A stretch of 64,000 bases of DNA from a bacterium ADurb.Bin212 (GTDB lineage: Bacteria > Patescibacteriota > UBA1384 > XYA2-FULL-43-10). Made by a program: the position numbers and the translations under genes. The stretch spans positions 16,308 to 80,307 of the forward strand of contig MWCM01000001.1 of NCBI GenBank assembly GCA_002070055.1, given 5' to 3'. Positions 9,161 to 18,484 of this stretch are shown here, one piece after another (within the stretch, counting starts at the first letter, position 1; each line of letters starts with the position of its first letter). The notes beneath the pieces are model-generated. The model searched no databases, was not told where the DNA came from, and worked only from the letters and a program-made list of their open reading frames with translations.

Positions 9161-9411
9161 TTATCTCACCTATTTGTTGTCATTGCCTTACGATGTTTCC
9201 GGCGCAAGCCGCTGTTTCATCGTAACGAAGCATTATAACATAACATCATAGAAGTGTCAACGATAACGACACAAATACTAAAAACAATATTAAAAACAAT
9301 CAGGCTTGACAAGAGGCTAGGAAGTGTGGTAAAATAAAGTAAAGTGACGAAGTATACGACACTAATGATAGTTAAAAGTTCATAAAGTTACTAAAGTGAA
9401 AAGTAGGTCGA

Positions 9412-10185
9412 GTGGAAACGAAAGAGCTGTTAGAAAATCTGGGCTTGGACGAGCGGGAGAGTGAGATATATCTGGCTCTGCTTGAGCTTGGGCCACAGTT
9501 ACCGCAATATATTGCGCGCAATACCGGCATTAAGCGCACGACGCTGTATGAGATATTTCCCGAAATGATCAAAAAAGGCCTGATAGTCGAAATTGCGCAA
9601 GGTAAAAGACGACTGTTCCAAGCTGTGAGCCCGGATAAGCTCTTTAATGACTACGAGAGGAAGTATAAGGAGATCAAGGCCAATATCACCGACCTGACTG
9701 CGATTTATCGGCTACAAGGCCTAAGGCCGAAAATAGAGGTATATGAGGGCTTTGACGGTATGAAAAAGTTCTATAATTATACTCTCGAGAGCAAAGAGGT
9801 GTGTAAATGTTTTGTACAACCGGCAAAATACAATCCACGCGTACTAGATTGGCTAGTTAAGGAGTACGTGCCTGCCAGAGTCAAGCGGGGAGTGCTAGTG
9901 AAGGCGATCATGCCCGATGACGATCTAAGTGAATACTATATGGGATTTAGAAAAGAGCATCTAAGAATAGGCAGAAAAGTTCCAATCTCAAAGTTCCATT
10001 TCAAAATTGAGGGTATGATCCAAGGAAATAGAGTCTATTTTGCCAATTACGAAAAGGGAGGGCCCCAGATTGGCATCATTATCGAGTCTAAACAGATTGC
10101 CGATACATTGAGTGCGCTTTGGGACTTAGCGTGGGAGGGGGCGCAAGGTTATGGCAAGAAAGACCAGCAAAATCACTCTTGTTAA
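9412..10185 (+). CDS. TrmB-family transcriptional regulator (paralog 2)
   Basis: N-terminal wHTH (SEIYLALLELGPQLPQYIARNTGIKRTTLYEIFPEMIKKGLI) and a C-terminal IIESKQIADT...LAWEG segment shared with the other paralogs; GTG start. Confidence 0.65.
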   Translation: METKELLENLGLDERESEIYLALLELGPQLPQYIARNTGIKRTTLYEIFPEMIKKGLIVEIAQGKRRLFQAVSPDKLFNDYERKYKEIKANITDLTAIYRLQGLRPKIEVYEGFDGMKKFYNYTLESKEVCKCFVQPAKYNPRVLDWLVKEYVPARVKRGVLVKAIMPDDDLSEYYMGFRKEHLRIGRKVPISKFHFKIEGMIQGNRVYFANYEKGGPQIGIIIESKQIADTLSALWDLAWEGAQGYGKKDQQNHSC

Positions 10186-10247
10186 ATCTCAATTCGAGCT
10201 AATTAATTCAAAAAGCCAGCAAATTTAAGCTGACTTTTTGAATGTGT

Positions 10248-12080
10248 TTATGCGAAGTATCTGGTTAAAAATTCCTGCTGATTGGCCGCACTATTAAAGC
10301 TGTCTAGAATTGTTCTAAACTCCTTAGTAAGTTCGGCCCCTTTGGTCCCAACAATTGTATCTTCAGGCTGATAAGAGATTCTAACTCTGTTTTTATTAGT
10401 CGCTAATTTCCTCCAGAGCAGTAGTAACAAATTTCTAGCATCAGTTTCGGTTGGCATGTATAGTTGTTTGCCCTCTTTTTTCTCGCGTTCTTGCTGTATT
10501 GGGTCAAGATATTGCCAATTTACTATCACCTCGCGCGGTGGATTAGTCTGAGAAAGGGCAAAATCGATAGTATTGAAGGCGGCCATTGTTGCTTCGTCAC
10601 CGTTCATGGGTCTATCTGCAATTCTTCCACCAAACATGGCGTAAGCTAAAGTTGTGATGTGATGTTCTCCTAACCAGTTAAATACTCTGTTCACTGATTG
10701 CTTGTACTCTTGGCTTTTGGGGAATTTCCCTTGACGTTCAATTACTTCCTGATCAATGTACTCCAAAGCTAGTAACACCCTAAGTTCTATCCCTAAATCG
10801 TTTAAGTTCTTAGAAACATCTAGCAATCTTTCTGATATTAACTCTTTATTTGGAGCGGAGGACTCAGGGTCCAGTTCATCCAAACGAACTTCAATTTCCA
10901 CTGCGCCTAAAGCTGATCCTTGTTCTTTTAGCTCTGCTAGTACCTCGGGAAGCTTCTCCCAAAAGTAATCATTTACTTCACATCTTTCGCCGAATTCTGT
11001 GCCATGTAAGATATTACCGGCATTGAATATTTTGACTGTATCGGTCTCGGGGTGTTGGTTTAAATATTTGCGAATCTTCTCTGAAGCAATTATTGATTGC
11101 TCAATGGAAGGAGCAAAATTTTCTGCCTTAATATGTTTCACCGAGCAAAATTCACAATTATTCGGGCAACCTTTGGCGGGCAGATAACAGAACATTGTGT
11201 TTTCGTTGCCGTCAATTGTCATACGTTCTTCAAGCCCTAAAAGCTGTGGTTTGTCTAAGTCAAAACTGAATTCTAACTCTTGATTTTTGTCTGATTCCAC
11301 AATTTCTGTTTTATTCAGCAGAATCTCTACCATAACACCATAGCCGAGGCTGGTCTCATTAATCGGCCAATAATCATTTATTGGTTCACCGATTGTAATC
11401 TGTAAGCCCAGGTTGTTAGCAACTCTTTCGAACAACTTTGTGGCTGGGTTGTAATTATGTTCGAAGTATTGATTAAGTGCCTGCTCTCTTAGCTTGGGCA
11501 ACGATGTGTTGCCGGTGTGGGCTATCTCTTTCAGGGCATCTTCTCTGTGGTTCTCTAAATAGTCTTCAATAAACTCTTTTAGTCCATCACAGGTTACTCC
11601 GCCTAAGAAGCGCCGGTAACCACTTTCTTTTGCCCACTTAAGCCTCTCTTCGACTAATTCGCTGGCATAGCCTTTATTTGAGTATTCTTTTCCCCTGCGC
11701 CGGCTAATGTTGACACCCCACAAAGTATCACTTTCAAGGTTTATTTCGATGTCTCTCATCTGTTCGAATCCTTCGATATTTTCCGGCAGCGTTTTTGGAA
11801 GCATTGTGAATTGAGCCATGGGCTTTAGCATGTTGTCTTGTTCGTCTGTGGAAAAAAGCATAGCAATGCCTTCGGGGAAGCTTAAGAGTCTATGTTCTAG
11901 ATCATCTCTGCTGGCCATTTCTTCTTCTGGCCAACTGGCCGCTTCAAATTCCCATAGTGAATCAATGTTCACTTTGTCGCTTACCGTGCCGTCATAAATA
12001 CATATTTCTTTTGGTTTTGGTTCTAAAACGATGGAATCTTCATTTAATTCCGGGTTTATTTTTCCTTTGTCTTTCAACAT
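10248..12080 (-). CDS. radical SAM domain protein, large multidomain, function unknown
   Basis: 610 aa; CPNNCEFCS is a CxxxCxxC motif in the middle of the protein. The N-terminal roughly 200 aa has a GNAT-like look (GYRRFLGG); this is a weak call. ATG start with a GGAGAG RBS. Confidence 0.5.
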   Translation of the reverse strand: MLKDKGKINPELNEDSIVLEPKPKEICIYDGTVSDKVNIDSLWEFEAASWPEEEMASRDDLEHRLLSFPEGIAMLFSTDEQDNMLKPMAQFTMLPKTLPENIEGFEQMRDIEINLESDTLWGVNISRRRGKEYSNKGYASELVEERLKWAKESGYRRFLGGVTCDGLKEFIEDYLENHREDALKEIAHTGNTSLPKLREQALNQYFEHNYNPATKLFERVANNLGLQITIGEPINDYWPINETSLGYGVMVEILLNKTEIVESDKNQELEFSFDLDKPQLLGLEERMTIDGNENTMFCYLPAKGCPNNCEFCSVKHIKAENFAPSIEQSIIASEKIRKYLNQHPETDTVKIFNAGNILHGTEFGERCEVNDYFWEKLPEVLAELKEQGSALGAVEIEVRLDELDPESSAPNKELISERLLDVSKNLNDLGIELRVLLALEYIDQEVIERQGKFPKSQEYKQSVNRVFNWLGEHHITTLAYAMFGGRIADRPMNGDEATMAAFNTIDFALSQTNPPREVIVNWQYLDPIQQEREKKEGKQLYMPTETDARNLLLLLWRKLATNKNRVRISYQPEDTIVGTKGAELTKEFRTILDSFNSAANQQEFLTRYFA

Positions 12081-12330
12081 AACTCTCCAAATTTACTAAT
12101 TAATGTAACGGAGCATTGTAGCATGAATATTAGTAAATGTCAAGTAGCAAATATACAAATCTACTAAATTACAATTAATAATCAATATTAATATATTGTC
12201 ATCAAAATATGGAATATATTGGCAAAAAAGCCATAAAAGCTCAAAATATCAAAATATATTTAAGCAATAAATATTGACAACATATAGTAAAGGCTATACA
12301 ATTACATTAATTAATAATTTAAAAACTTTT

Positions 12331-13086
12331 ATGGACAGCGCAGAGATACTACAAAAATTAGATCTATCTCCTTCTGAAGCCAAGACTTACTTGGCTGTAC
12401 TTGGTGCTGGAGAAGCAAGGGTTTCTGAGGTCGGCAAATTGACAGGTGTAACCAGAATGGCAGGCTACACAGCGGCTGAGGAGTTAGTGAAGAAGGGCCT
12501 GCTTTCTTACGTTGATAAGCGTGGCAAGAAACGAGTAATGGCCGAGGATCCGGCGCGACTCGAGCTGATGTTACGAGAGAAGGAGCGGAGAGTGCGGGAT
12601 GAAGCAGAATCATTAAATGCAATTATGCCAGAGCTTCAAACCCTGTTTTCATCGAGCGATATTAAACCCAATGTGAGGGTATATTCAGGGACCGAGGGGA
12701 TTAAGACTTTGGCGGAAGATATCCTGAAAACACTCAAAAAAGGTGAGAGCTATGTTGGATATGGGGCGGTGACAAAGGAATTTGAAGAGTTAAGAGAATA
12801 TTTCCACGACTTTGTGCCGAGACGAGTCAAAAAAGAGATCAGCTTTCGTGGAATTGTGCCTGGTGATATAAACGATAATACAACAGAGAAGAACAAAGCT
12901 AAAAGACGCGAATTGCGCTATGTTTCAGTTGCCGAGTTTCCATTTAAAAATGAAATAAATATTTATGGTAATAAAATTTCGATTGAATCATTTAAAGACA
13001 AGATCGGTTTGATTATCGAGTCCAAGCAAATTGCCGATACTCAGAGAATGATATTCGAGTTGGCGTGGAGGGGAGCAGGAGAATAG
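12331..13086 (+). CDS. TrmB-family transcriptional regulator (paralog 3)
   Basis: wHTH (SEAKTYLAVLGAGEARVSEVGKLTGVTR) plus a C-terminal FPFKNEINIYGNKISI...IIESKQIADTQRMIFELAW nearly identical to the paralog-1 middle segment. Start at ATG 12331; the track ORF reads through a TTGACA promoter-like region. Confidence 0.65.
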   Translation: MDSAEILQKLDLSPSEAKTYLAVLGAGEARVSEVGKLTGVTRMAGYTAAEELVKKGLLSYVDKRGKKRVMAEDPARLELMLREKERRVRDEAESLNAIMPELQTLFSSSDIKPNVRVYSGTEGIKTLAEDILKTLKKGESYVGYGAVTKEFEELREYFHDFVPRRVKKEISFRGIVPGDINDNTTEKNKAKRRELRYVSVAEFPFKNEINIYGNKISIESFKDKIGLIIESKQIADTQRMIFELAWRGAGE

Positions 13087-13231
13087 GTGATAGGGATCAG
13101 GTTGAAGGTGACGGATTATAGAGTATCACCTAGCAATCGGCTGGCCATTGTATCAACTATTTTATCCCCAGCTTAATCCTTAATTCTAATTCATAACTCT
13201 ATTTATTAAGTGTTATAATAAATTAGACAAA

Positions 13232-13960
13232 ATGCCTGTACTGGAAATAAAAAAAATTAAGAAATTTTTTGGGAAATTGAAGGCCGTTAACGGTATTAGT
13301 TTCGCTGTGGACGAGAATGAGATATTCGGTTTGCTTGGCCCAAATGGCAGTGGCAAAACTACAACACAACGAATTCTCACTACTTTGTTGGCTCCTACAT
13401 CTGGAGAGATCTATTACGACAACAAGCAGCTATCTGACGAGAATGCTAATGATATCCGCCATCGTATCGGTTATGTGCCACAAGGAGAGTGTCTTTTTGG
13501 TGATTTAACCATTGAAGAGAATTTACGATTCTTTGCTGCTCCTTACAACTTGGATAAAAATCACGAAAAAAATAAGATAAATGAGCTTTTAGAGAGACTA
13601 GAGCTTGGCGACAGAAGAAAACATCTGGTAAAAAATCTCTCCGGAGGGCTAAACAAACGTGCTTCGATTGCGGCGGCGCTTCTTCATGAACCAAAGATAC
13701 TATTCTTAGATGAAGTGACCATGGGATTAGATCCAAATTCTCGTTACCACATTTGGGGACTGATCCGCGAACTTAAAAATACAACTACAATCATCATGAC
13801 CACCCACTATATGGATGAAGCGGAGGATTTGTGCGATAGAATTGCCATACTATCTAAGGGGAAAATTATGGACATAGACAACCCCCATAAAATTATCAAA
13901 AGATATCACGCCAAAGATTTAAATGAAGTTATTGGCAGGGTAATCGAGAGGGAGAAGTGA
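13232..13960 (+). CDS. ABC transporter ATP-binding protein
   Basis: Walker A GPNGSGKTT, signature LSGGLNKR, Walker B ILFLDEVT. Confidence 0.85.
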   Translation: MPVLEIKKIKKFFGKLKAVNGISFAVDENEIFGLLGPNGSGKTTTQRILTTLLAPTSGEIYYDNKQLSDENANDIRHRIGYVPQGECLFGDLTIEENLRFFAAPYNLDKNHEKNKINELLERLELGDRRKHLVKNLSGGLNKRASIAAALLHEPKILFLDEVTMGLDPNSRYHIWGLIRELKNTTTIIMTTHYMDEAEDLCDRIAILSKGKIMDIDNPHKIIKRYHAKDLNEVIGRVIEREK

Positions 13961-15129
13961 AAAATATTGTAGCTGTTGCCAAATATCAACTTGTGCGCAT
14001 GGCCAGAGATTGGCGCTTGATGGTAATGATATTGTCTCAGCCGATAGTAATTGCTGTTGTGGTCGGCTTTATGGCCTATCAGGAACCTGATGGCATGAAA
14101 ATTGCGGTAGCGAATACCATCCAAAGCAAATACTCTCAAAAACTGGTTGACGAGTTGAGAGAGAGCGATGGATTAAATCTCACCGAACTAAAAGAGGGCG
14201 GCAAAGAACTGGTTTTGAAAAATGGCTACAGGGCTGTGGTTATTATTGATGTCTCACCGTTTGAGAATTCGGGAGGTTCGGTTAAAGTTTACTCCGATCC
14301 GGTGGGAGGTATCGCTTCACTGGCGGCCAAAGAGGCAATAAGCAAGGCCGTTTCTACTGTTGCCAGAGATATGGCTAAAGAACAGTTGGAAGTTGATGTC
14401 AATAGTTTTGACGCCAAAATGAGGCAAAACTTACCTTCAAATATCGCGGCCATGCTACCACAGGTAGAGTTAGATGACTTTAAGCAAACAGAGCTTTCCT
14501 TGGGTTTTTATGATGCGACTGATTTTGATTTACAGCACTTTGATTATTATGCATCAGCAATTATGGTTTTATTGGTGTTTTTAGTTGTCTTGAACACTGC
14601 AGGTATATCCATAACCTCCGATCGCGAGAAAGGCACATTTGAGAGGCTATCTGTAACTCCATTCACAAAAACCGATATAATAATGGGCAACGCTCTAAGT
14701 CAGTTTGTGATAGGTCTTTCGGTTATTATTATCGGTATGCTAACCTTAAAGCTGGTTTTTGCCATCTCTATAGGTAGTTTTTGGTTGCTGTCTCTGCTCA
14801 GTGTAATTTGTGTTGCCTGCGCTGTAAATTTGGGTCTGTTAATATCTGCGATAACAAAAACAGTTGTTGAGAGTGTCGAATTGGCAATGTATGCGTTCTT
14901 TATGGCGGTATTAACCTGTGGAATAATTACACCCAGTGAGACGGCTCATGGTGCCTATCTATTCTTAAAAAAATATCTGCCTTTTAGTTACGCGGTTACT
15001 GCCTCAAGAGAGATCAATATGATGAACGCAAACTGGCAGGATATTGCCAGCGATATCTACGTTTTAATAGTGTTTACTGTAATATTTATGATCTCTGCAA
15101 TCTGGGCCTTACGCCGAGGCACCAAATAA
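13957..15129 (+). CDS. ABC-2 family transporter permease
   Basis: Overlaps the ATPase stop by 4 nt (ATGA coupling). N-terminal TM, a large extracytoplasmic loop and a C-terminal cluster of 5-6 TM helices, typical of ABC-2 permeases. Confidence 0.7.
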   Translation: MKNIVAVAKYQLVRMARDWRLMVMILSQPIVIAVVVGFMAYQEPDGMKIAVANTIQSKYSQKLVDELRESDGLNLTELKEGGKELVLKNGYRAVVIIDVSPFENSGGSVKVYSDPVGGIASLAAKEAISKAVSTVARDMAKEQLEVDVNSFDAKMRQNLPSNIAAMLPQVELDDFKQTELSLGFYDATDFDLQHFDYYASAIMVLLVFLVVLNTAGISITSDREKGTFERLSVTPFTKTDIIMGNALSQFVIGLSVIIIGMLTLKLVFAISIGSFWLLSLLSVICVACAVNLGLLISAITKTVVESVELAMYAFFMAVLTCGIITPSETAHGAYLFLKKYLPFSYAVTASREINMMNANWQDIASDIYVLIVFTVIFMISAIWALRRGTK

Positions 15130-15159
15130 GCTTTAACAAACACTAGTGTAAGAAGTCGT

Positions 15160-17760
15160 TTATCTATAGAACCGGTATTTTTTACTGTTTTTGACTATGT
15201 CCAAAACCGCGATTATCACAAACGAAACAACAATTGATATCAGCCAGTTTTGCCAGCCCAGAGGCACAGTTTCGAAGACTTTGTTTAGCGGGGTGTATAA
15301 GATAATTACAGCACCTATAATTGAACCGCTTGAGGCATAAACTAAATAGCGGTTACTTAAAAGATCAGAGCCTGCCACCGGCCATTTGAGAGAGCGGAAA
15401 TTAAAAGCGTTAGCTATTTGTAACATCATCAAAGTTAATAGCCCGGCAGTTCTTGAGAGAGTTATGTCTTCGGTTAATACCAGGTAGCTGTAATAGATGC
15501 TAATTGAGGCTATCATCAACACGAAGCCGGTGAAGAAAATCAAGCCATAAAGCTGAGGGGTAATAAGTTCTGCCCTGCGGCGCGGAGCTACCTTCATAAT
15601 ATCGCGGGAGGCGGGGTTAAACGCTAATGAAATTGCCGGCAGATCGTCGGTAACCAGATTTAAGAAAAGGATCTGGAGTGCTAAAAGCGGAAGAGGGAGA
15701 TTGAGAATTATGGCGACAAATATTATCAACAATTCTGATGCGTTACACGATAGCTGGTAGGTGATAAATTTGCGAATATTGTTGAAGATCATTCTGCCCT
15801 CAGAAATGGCGTTTACTATGGTGGCGAAGTTGTCGTCTTTGAGCGTTAAATCGGCCACATCTCGCGAAACATCAGTGCCGGCTATGCCCATGGCAACTCC
15901 GACATGCGCTTCTTTTAGGGCTGGCGAATCATTCACGCCGTCACCGGTCATGGTTACCACCTCGCCTCTGGCTTTGAGGGCTTTAACAATGCGTAGTTTG
16001 TGTTCCGGGCGGACTCTGGCAAATATGGCAATTTCCGGAACTATTGCTTTAAGTTCTTCATCGCTCATCTCATCAAGTTCGCTGCCGGTTATGGCTTTAC
16101 CGCTCAAGCCTATTTGGTGGGCGATAGAGTTGGCAGTATTAATATTATCGCCGGTAATCATTTTAACCTTAATCTTTGCTTGCTCTGCCATTTTGATTGC
16201 CTCTTTAACCTCCGGTTTAGGGGCATCTTCCATACCAACAATGCCGGCAAAGATTAGTTCATTATCAAGCGAAATGCTTTTACTTTCTCCATGTTTGTAG
16301 GCAAAAGCCACGGTGCGCAAACCTTTGTGGTTATACTGGTTATTCTTATCTAGAATATAATCCCTGTGGCCTTGGTGCAGTTCTACGATACGACCGTGGT
16401 TGTTGAATTTACTGCATCTGTCAAGGATTGTCTCTAATGCCCCTTTAACCAAGACTTCATATTTATTACCCTCTTTAATCATCACCGACATCATTTTGTG
16501 CCCTGAACCAAAAGGAATCTCCTCGACTCTCTGTTGGCTGAAAGACTCTTTATCTGCTCCGGTTTTGAGGGCGGAAACCAAAATGGCTGCTTCGGTGGCA
16601 CTGCCATTTATTTGCAGTTTTTGCTCATTTTCCTCTTTTTCCACGTAGGCATCGTTACAAACTAAAGCTATTTTGGTTAAAATATCCAAATCTTCATGTT
16701 CCCCAAAAACCATTTTTTTACCGTTAAAGTAAACATGTCCGTTTAAGTCATGACCTATGCCATCGACATGGTATTCGTTATCGTTAGTTAGAATCTTTTG
16801 TGCGGTCATTTTACCGGTGGTAATGGTGCCGGTTTTGTCGGAACAGATAACGGTTGTTTCGCCCAGAGTTTCAATAGTGGACATTCTGTTAACGATGGCA
16901 TTTTTCTTTGACATTCTATAGGCACCGGTGGCAAGGGCGGTGGTTAATACCAGCGGAAAACCTTCCGGTATGGCCGAAACAGACATTGCGATAATCACAA
17001 TCAGAATATCGACTATGCTGTGCTCCCCACCACGATCAAAAAAATACATAATAAGACCGGCGATAATTGAGGCTGATATACCGACTGTAGCCATAATTTT
17101 GGCAATTCGATCAACTTTTTTCTGCAGAGGCAGCTCTTTGTCGGTGCCGGATATTAGTTTGGCGATTTTACCGTATTCTGTATTCATGCCGGTGTGTAAG
17201 ACCTTGGCGGTTGCTTTGCCGCTTACAATAAAGGTGCCCATAAAGAGCTTATCTGCGTTTTCGGCTGATTGATTATTAATATCTGTGGATTTATGGACCT
17301 CTTTAGCTTCTCCGGTTAAGATCGACTCGTTAACCAGAAGGTCTTTTTGTTCAATTATCTGACAATCGGCAGGAACTCTTTCGCCATCTTTAAGCACAAT
17401 TATGTCGCCTGGTACAATCTGCTCGGTGGGAAGTCTTTTTAGCTTTCCATCCCGGTAGAGGTTGGTAAAAAGTAGAATGGCTTTTTTAAGTGAAGAGATG
17501 GCTTTCTCGGCTTTGTATTCCTGTATAAAGCCGGTGCCGATGATTACAACAATTACCACCAATATTGTGTAATAGGTTGAATCTTTGCCAACAGACCAAG
17601 ATATGATGGCAGCAGCCAATAGTAAGAATACTAAAAAGTTGCCTTTAATCTGCCGTAGCAAAATCTTTAGAGCTGAAAAACGGCTCGTCTCTTTTATGAG
17701 ATTCGGGCCGTATTTTTTATACTGTTCTTTTGCCTGGTGGCTGGATAAACCTATTTGCAT
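15160..17760 (-). CDS. cation-transporting P-type ATPase (P2-type, Ca2+/Mg2+-like)
   Basis: Phosphorylation motif CSDKTGTIT, plus TGDN and GDGVNDSPALK motifs, and 8-10 TM helices. Start moved to the ATG (MQIGL) 8 nt after a GGAGGG RBS; the track start is an upstream TTG. Confidence 0.85.
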   Translation of the reverse strand: MQIGLSSHQAKEQYKKYGPNLIKETSRFSALKILLRQIKGNFLVFLLLAAAIISWSVGKDSTYYTILVVIVVIIGTGFIQEYKAEKAISSLKKAILLFTNLYRDGKLKRLPTEQIVPGDIIVLKDGERVPADCQIIEQKDLLVNESILTGEAKEVHKSTDINNQSAENADKLFMGTFIVSGKATAKVLHTGMNTEYGKIAKLISGTDKELPLQKKVDRIAKIMATVGISASIIAGLIMYFFDRGGEHSIVDILIVIIAMSVSAIPEGFPLVLTTALATGAYRMSKKNAIVNRMSTIETLGETTVICSDKTGTITTGKMTAQKILTNDNEYHVDGIGHDLNGHVYFNGKKMVFGEHEDLDILTKIALVCNDAYVEKEENEQKLQINGSATEAAILVSALKTGADKESFSQQRVEEIPFGSGHKMMSVMIKEGNKYEVLVKGALETILDRCSKFNNHGRIVELHQGHRDYILDKNNQYNHKGLRTVAFAYKHGESKSISLDNELIFAGIVGMEDAPKPEVKEAIKMAEQAKIKVKMITGDNINTANSIAHQIGLSGKAITGSELDEMSDEELKAIVPEIAIFARVRPEHKLRIVKALKARGEVVTMTGDGVNDSPALKEAHVGVAMGIAGTDVSRDVADLTLKDDNFATIVNAISEGRMIFNNIRKFITYQLSCNASELLIIFVAIILNLPLPLLALQILFLNLVTDDLPAISLAFNPASRDIMKVAPRRRAELITPQLYGLIFFTGFVLMIASISIYYSYLVLTEDITLSRTAGLLTLMMLQIANAFNFRSLKWPVAGSDLLSNRYLVYASSGSIIGAVIILYTPLNKVFETVPLGWQNWLISIVVSFVIIAVLDIVKNSKKYRFYR

Positions 17761-17860
17761 ACAAAAAAATCCCTCCTGCAAAAATTATATCATAGTCGCG
17801 AGCAAATAGAGTGTGAATAAGTTTGTTTATACAAAAAAAGACAACGCGGTTGTCATTTTT

Positions 17861-17886
17861 CATGGTTCCGAGACTAGGAGTCGAAC
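17861..17886 (-). repeat. direct duplicate of the 3' end (T-arm and acceptor) of tRNA-Gln
   Basis: catggttccgagactaggagtcgaac is identical at 17861-17886 and 18015-18040. The 17861 copy has no matching 5' acceptor strand, so it is not an intact tRNA. Confidence 0.7.
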
Positions 17887-17988
17887 TCGCTTCGCTTCTA
17901 ACAACCGACTGTTTTTAGTGTTTTCCTGCAGCGGGAAACTCCCGTTTCCCGACCCCTTCCCAGGTTCGACATCCTGGAACCATAAAAA

Positions 17989-18014
17989 AAGATCATCTTA
18001 CGATGATCCCTTTT
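17989..18014. terminator. bidirectional hairpin terminator
   Basis: aaaaaaaGATCATCttacGATGATCcctttt: a 7-bp stem flanked by an A-run and a T-run. Confidence 0.5.
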
Positions 18015-18016
18015 CA

Positions 18017-18090
18017 TGGTTCCGAGACTAGGAGTCGAACCTAGATTGGCGGTGCCAGAAACCGCTGTCCTGCCATTAGACGATCTCGGA
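18017..18090 (-). tRNA. tRNA-Gln (anticodon CUG)
   Basis: The reverse complement folds as a cloverleaf: acceptor TCCGAGA/TCTCGGA, D-arm GTCT..GGAC, anticodon stem GCGGT/ACCGC with loop TTCTGGC (U33, CUG, G37), T-arm CTAGG-TTCGACT-CCTAG, and an encoded CCA. Confidence 0.75.
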
Positions 18091-18348
18091 ATATTTAATT
18101 TCAATCAGTAAATCTCTAATCTGTTGCCTTAGCAACCTTTTACCCTCGGAAGTTTTCAGAAACCTCTCTCTACGTTGAGCATCCGATTTGCACTTATAAA
18201 CTTCATAATGTACAAGCACGGGTTCTTTTCTCTTAGTAGATATAACCTTATTGGAAGCATGTTGGTTAATTCTCACTTTGAGATTGCTAGTTGAGCCCGT
18301 ATAGAGCTGATTCGTTTTTGTAAGATGAAGAATATAAACATAAAACAT
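18076..18348 (-). CDS. GIY-YIG nuclease family protein (small YhbQ/UPF0213-like)
   Basis: 90 aa; MFYVYILHLTKTNQLYTGSTSNLKVRINQH matches the GIY-YIG motif spacing. The last five codons and the TAA stop overlap the 5' acceptor/D-arm of tRNA-Gln. Confidence 0.65.
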   Translation of the reverse strand: MFYVYILHLTKTNQLYTGSTSNLKVRINQHASNKVISTKRKEPVLVHYEVYKCKSDAQRRERFLKTSEGKRLLRQQIRDLLIEIKYSEIV

Positions 18349-18484
18349 ATTAATTAGACCCTGTCATTCGACAGGGCCATATCGAATGATATGGCGATCT
18401 CGGAACAATAAAGCAATATTATCACTTTTATGGGCTTGATTCAATTGATATTGACAAATGATTATGGAATATATACTATTATGC

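Noticed and set aside
15761-17272. Plus-strand ORFs inside the P-type ATPase gene (15761-16300, 16000-16257, 16400-16648, 16928-17272)
   Set aside because: They are antisense to a gene with unambiguous P-type ATPase motifs and have low-complexity Ser/Leu-rich translations.
17863-17950. A second intact tRNA adjacent to tRNA-Gln
   Set aside because: Only the 3' T-arm/acceptor segment is present; there is no complementary 5' acceptor strand and no D or anticodon arms. It is treated as a partial duplicate.
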